Assembly (NCBI GenBank): GCA_044356215.1
Contig: JBIKWQ010000073.1
Span: 1 to 16,992 of the forward strand
Origin: Bdellovibrionota bacterium
Lineage (GTDB): Bacteria; Bdellovibrionota_C; UBA2361; OMII01
Reading direction: 5' to 3'
DNA: 16,992 nt
Numbering within the stretch: the first letter of the stretch is position 1; each line of letters begins with the position of its first letter. Made by a program: the position numbers and the translations under genes. A model generated the notes under the pieces. The model made no database searches, had not been told where the DNA came from, and was given only the letters and a program-made list of their open reading frames with translations. This document shows, piece by piece, positions 13,865 through 16,992 of the stretch.

Positions 13865-13873
13865 CTCACACCC

Positions 13874-16501
13874 CTAAGCCGCCTGACTCTCACCGCCAGC
13901 CCGAGTCTCAACCGTTAGAGCTCCATCCTTAACACCGACCAGTACCGCACTCCCGATGTGCAGCTCATCAGCTATTAACGCCCGCCCGACACGAGTCTCT
14001 AACTCGCGTTGAATATATCGCTTAAGCGGCCTAGCTCCATACACCGGATCATAACCGGCTTGCGCGATGTGCTTCTTAGCCTCATCCGACACAGTAATTG
14101 TTATACCCCGCTCAATTAATCGTTTCGTAACATCAGCTAAGAGGAGATCAACTATCGAGGTAATCTCATTTAGTGATAACGGCTTAAACAGAACGATCTC
14201 ATCGATTCGGTTTAGGAACTCCGGCCTAAAGTGTCCTCTTAGATCTCGCATTACCGAGTTTCTAGCTCCCTCACTGATCTCACCACTCTTAGAGATCCCC
14301 TCAAGTAGATGCTGCGAACCGATATTAGACGTCAGGATTATCACCGTATTCTTAAAGTCTACCGTACGACCCTGCGAATCGGTTACCCGGCCATCGTCAA
14401 GGATCTGCAGCAAAACATTAAACACATCGTGATGCGCCTTCTCGATCTCATCAAAGAGGATCACGCTATAAGGCTTGCGTCTTACCGCCTCGGTGAGCTG
14501 CCCACCCTCCTCGTAACCAACGTATCCCGGAGGTGCGCCGATTAACCGCGTAACGGCGAACTTCTCCATGTACTCACTCATATCTATTCGAATTAGGTTC
14601 TGCTCGCTATCAAAGAGCACCTCCGCTAACGTCTTAGCCAGCTCAGTCTTTCCTACTCCTGTTGGCCCAAGGAATATAAACGAGCCAATAGGCCTACGTG
14701 GATCTTTAATTCCCGCTCTCGCTCGAATCACCGCATCAGCAACGTACCCAACCGCCTCATCCTGACCTACCACGCGCTTGTGCAGGATCTCATCAAGTTT
14801 AAGCAATTTAGCTTTCTCTCCCTCAACTAATCTAGTCACCGGTATTCCGGTCCAACGAGCTACGATCTCAGCTATCTCACCCTCCGTGACCTCCTCACGA
14901 AGAAGCCTTCTTGCTCCGTCCTTCTCTACGGCTTCCTGCTCAAGCTCAAGCTGTCGCTGAAGCTGAGGTAGCTTACCGTGCTTAAGCTCGGCGGCTTTAT
15001 TGAGGTCGTATTGCCTCTCTGCCTTCTCAATTTCGTGACGGAGCTGCTCTAACTGTCCACGGATCGCCTGAACCTTGTGGATCGCTTCCTTCTCTGTCTG
15101 CCACTGAGAGCGCATAGCGTCACCCTGCATCCGCGCCTCAGAGAGCTCGTCTGTCAAAGCTTTTAGGCGCTCTTGGCTGGCGCGATCGGTCTCTTTCTTT
15201 AACGCGGCTTCCTCGATCTCAAGCTGCATAATCCTTCTTGTAGTCTCATCAAGCTCCGCTGGCATCGAATCGATCTCTGTACGGATCGTAGCACAAGCCT
15301 CATCGACTAGATCGATCGCTTTATCTGGCAAGAACCTCTCAGAGATGTAACGGTGAGATAATGTAGCCGCCGCGACCAACGCATTATCCTGAATACGCAC
15401 TCCGTGGTGCACCTCAAAGCGCTCTTTAACTCCACGCAGGATCGATATAGTATCCTCAACACTTGGTTGATCTACCATCACTGGCTGAAAGCGACGCTCT
15501 AGCGCCGCGTCCTTCTCTAGGTGCTTTCGGTACTCATCTAAGGTCGTAGCTCCGATACAGTGCAGTTCGCCCCGCGCTAGCATCGGTTTAAGCATATTAC
15601 CCGCGTCCATCGCGCCCTCGCTCTTACCCGCTCCAACTATAGTGTGCAGCTCATCAACGAATAAGATAATCCTGCCTTCAGAGTTCTTCACCTCTTGAAG
15701 AACCGCCTTCAATCGCTCCTCAAACTCACCGCGATACTTAGCACCCGCGATTAGCGAACCCATGTCTAGCGAGAAGATCGTCTTATCGCGTAATCCTTCT
15801 GGCACATCACCACGCACGATTCGCTGAGCTAGCCCCTCAACGATCGCTGTCTTTCCAACTCCCGGCTCTCCGATTAAAACTGGATTGTTCTTGGTCTTAC
15901 GAGAAAGAATCCTTATCACGCGGCGGATCTCACCATCTCGACCGATCACTGGATCAAGCTTCCCCTTACTTGCTTCCTGAACGAGATCGCGCCCATAACG
16001 ATCAAGCGCCTCGTAAGTCGCCTCTGGATTCGCGCTCTGAACCCGTTGATTTCCACGAACTACTGTCAGAGCCGCCAAGAATTTCTCGCGCGTGAGGTTA
16101 AGAGATCGGCAGATCGCGCCAAATGGAGTCTTTTGATCGTTCTCAAGCGCCGCTAAAAAGAGGTGCTCCACAGAGACGTACTCATCCTTAAGACGCTTAG
16201 CCTCCTCTTCAGCTTTTACAAAAACCTGTCCAAGTCGGTTAGTTAAAAATACTTTGCCGGGCTCTATTCCTGGACCTGAGACCTTCGGGCGCTTATCAAG
16301 CTCACGCTCAACCTGCGCGATAAAACTATCGACCGGAAGATCCATCTTAGCGAAGAGTCGTGGAATTAAGCCGTTATTCTGCGTGGCTAAACTCATGACG
16401 AGGTGCTCAACATCAACCTCTGTATTGCCACGTCTAACAGCCTGCGCCTGTGCGTCCTGTAGAGCTTCCTGAGATCGCTGAGTAAATTTCTGTAAGTCCA
16501 T
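13874..16501 (-). CDS. clpB: ATP-dependent disaggregase ClpB
   Basis: Clp N repeats, [14 protein letters not shown], Walker A motifs GEPGVGKT and GPTGVGKT, coiled-coil M domain, [17 protein letters not shown] and [16 protein letters not shown]. Confidence 0.98.
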   Translation of the reverse strand: MDLQKFTQRSQEALQDAQAQAVRRGNTEVDVEHLVMSLATQNNGLIPRLFAKMDLPVDSFIAQVERELDKRPKVSGPGIEPGKVFLTNRLGQVFVKAEEEAKRLKDEYVSVEHLFLAALENDQKTPFGAICRSLNLTREKFLAALTVVRGNQRVQSANPEATYEALDRYGRDLVQEASKGKLDPVIGRDGEIRRVIRILSRKTKNNPVLIGEPGVGKTAIVEGLAQRIVRGDVPEGLRDKTIFSLDMGSLIAGAKYRGEFEERLKAVLQEVKNSEGRIILFVDELHTIVGAGKSEGAMDAGNMLKPMLARGELHCIGATTLDEYRKHLEKDAALERRFQPVMVDQPSVEDTISILRGVKERFEVHHGVRIQDNALVAAATLSHRYISERFLPDKAIDLVDEACATIRTEIDSMPAELDETTRRIMQLEIEEAALKKETDRASQERLKALTDELSEARMQGDAMRSQWQTEKEAIHKVQAIRGQLEQLRHEIEKAERQYDLNKAAELKHGKLPQLQRQLELEQEAVEKDGARRLLREEVTEGEIAEIVARWTGIPVTRLVEGEKAKLLKLDEILHKRVVGQDEAVGYVADAVIRARAGIKDPRRPIGSFIFLGPTGVGKTELAKTLAEVLFDSEQNLIRIDMSEYMEKFAVTRLIGAPPGYVGYEEGGQLTEAVRRKPYSVILFDEIEKAHHDVFNVLLQILDDGRVTDSQGRTVDFKNTVIILTSNIGSQHLLEGISKSGEISEGARNSVMRDLRGHFRPEFLNRIDEIVLFKPLSLNEITSIVDLLLADVTKRLIERGITITVSDEAKKHIAQAGYDPVYGARPLKRYIQRELETRVGRALIADELHIGSAVLVGVKDGALTVETRAGGESQAA

Positions 16502-16912
16502 TTATCCTCTGGTTTAGTTATTAAGAGTACCCACACTACTTTTAATAATCACTCCTTCAGCGAATATCGAGTTTTTCTGGAATGGGCAGTAGGAAAAATT
16601 TGGGGTGGGGTAAGGGGCTGGAAATACGGTGGAAATAGGGGGTGCTTGATTAGGGGAATTGTCTGTGGCAGAATTGCCCCAGCGCAGGAATTCCCGCGTG
16701 CGTTGATCTTTTATAGCAATCTTAAAGGGGGTCGGTATGGCTTTTCAGAGTGGTCCGAGACAAGAACAAAACACTGGAAAAACAAGTTTTGGGAAGTTCG
16801 TTCTTTTAAATACTGACCAAATCGTGAGCATTAAAAAATACGACGCCTTCTTACCCGACCGAATTGGGGGTCTTCAATTCCAAAACGCAACACCCTACTT
16901 TCAAATAGCATT

Positions 16913-16952
16913 ATACCCCGCCATAAATTCTTAACATACCCCGCCACCCCGC
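16913..16952 (+). repeat. Direct repeat ATACCCCGCCA x2 (16913-16923, 16936-16946) plus a partial third CCCCGC
   Basis: Exact 11-nt copies 23 nt apart, followed by a T7 run. Confidence 0.6.
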
Positions 16953-16992
16953 TTTTTTTATTAGCCTGAGAATCGCCTTCTTTTGGTTCCTT

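Noticed and set aside
236..16472. Numerous short alternate-frame or antisense ORFs inside mbnP/H, thrABC, fliL, thrS and clpB, and 1875-2234 (-)
   Set aside because: They are shadows of well-supported genes, with no independent motifs or initiation signals.
16737..16934. 65-aa ORF upstream of clpB
   Set aside because: Short, with no recognisable motif, in a low-complexity intergenic region. It cannot be supported without homologs.
16502..16992. Replication origin, CIRCE element or known ncRNA
   Set aside because: No TTATCCACA boxes, no TTAGCACTC-N9-GAGTGCTAA and no recognisable RNA family signature.

Overview
Bacterial chromosomal window, probably from a delta-proteobacteria-like (Bdellovibrionota/Desulfobacterota-type) organism; the taxonomy is inference only. 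The left ~4 kb is an accessory metal-handling region. It holds an mbnP-like gene (WxW motif) coupled to a di-heme cytochrome c peroxidase/MbnH-like gene, then a putative lipoprotein. Next come two convergent transcription units: a Y4yA-type PLP decarboxylase on +, and an FmdB-like zinc-ribbon gene plus a Cys-rich thioredoxin-like ferredoxin gene on -. Each unit has a near-identical palindrome (CGCAAC-N3-GTTGCA, Zur-box-like) on a predicted sigma70 promoter. The decarboxylase and ferredoxin genes both appear cut off at one junction (~2935-2952). The rest is mostly core genome: tRNA-Pro(CGG) 12 nt upstream of thrA-thrB-thrC, a minus-strand fliL / DUF922 peptidase / GT-C-like membrane protein cluster, a thrS lacking the TGS domain, and clpB. 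The most interesting signal is the paired operator palindromes around a collapsed, possibly zinc-starvation/metallophore locus.
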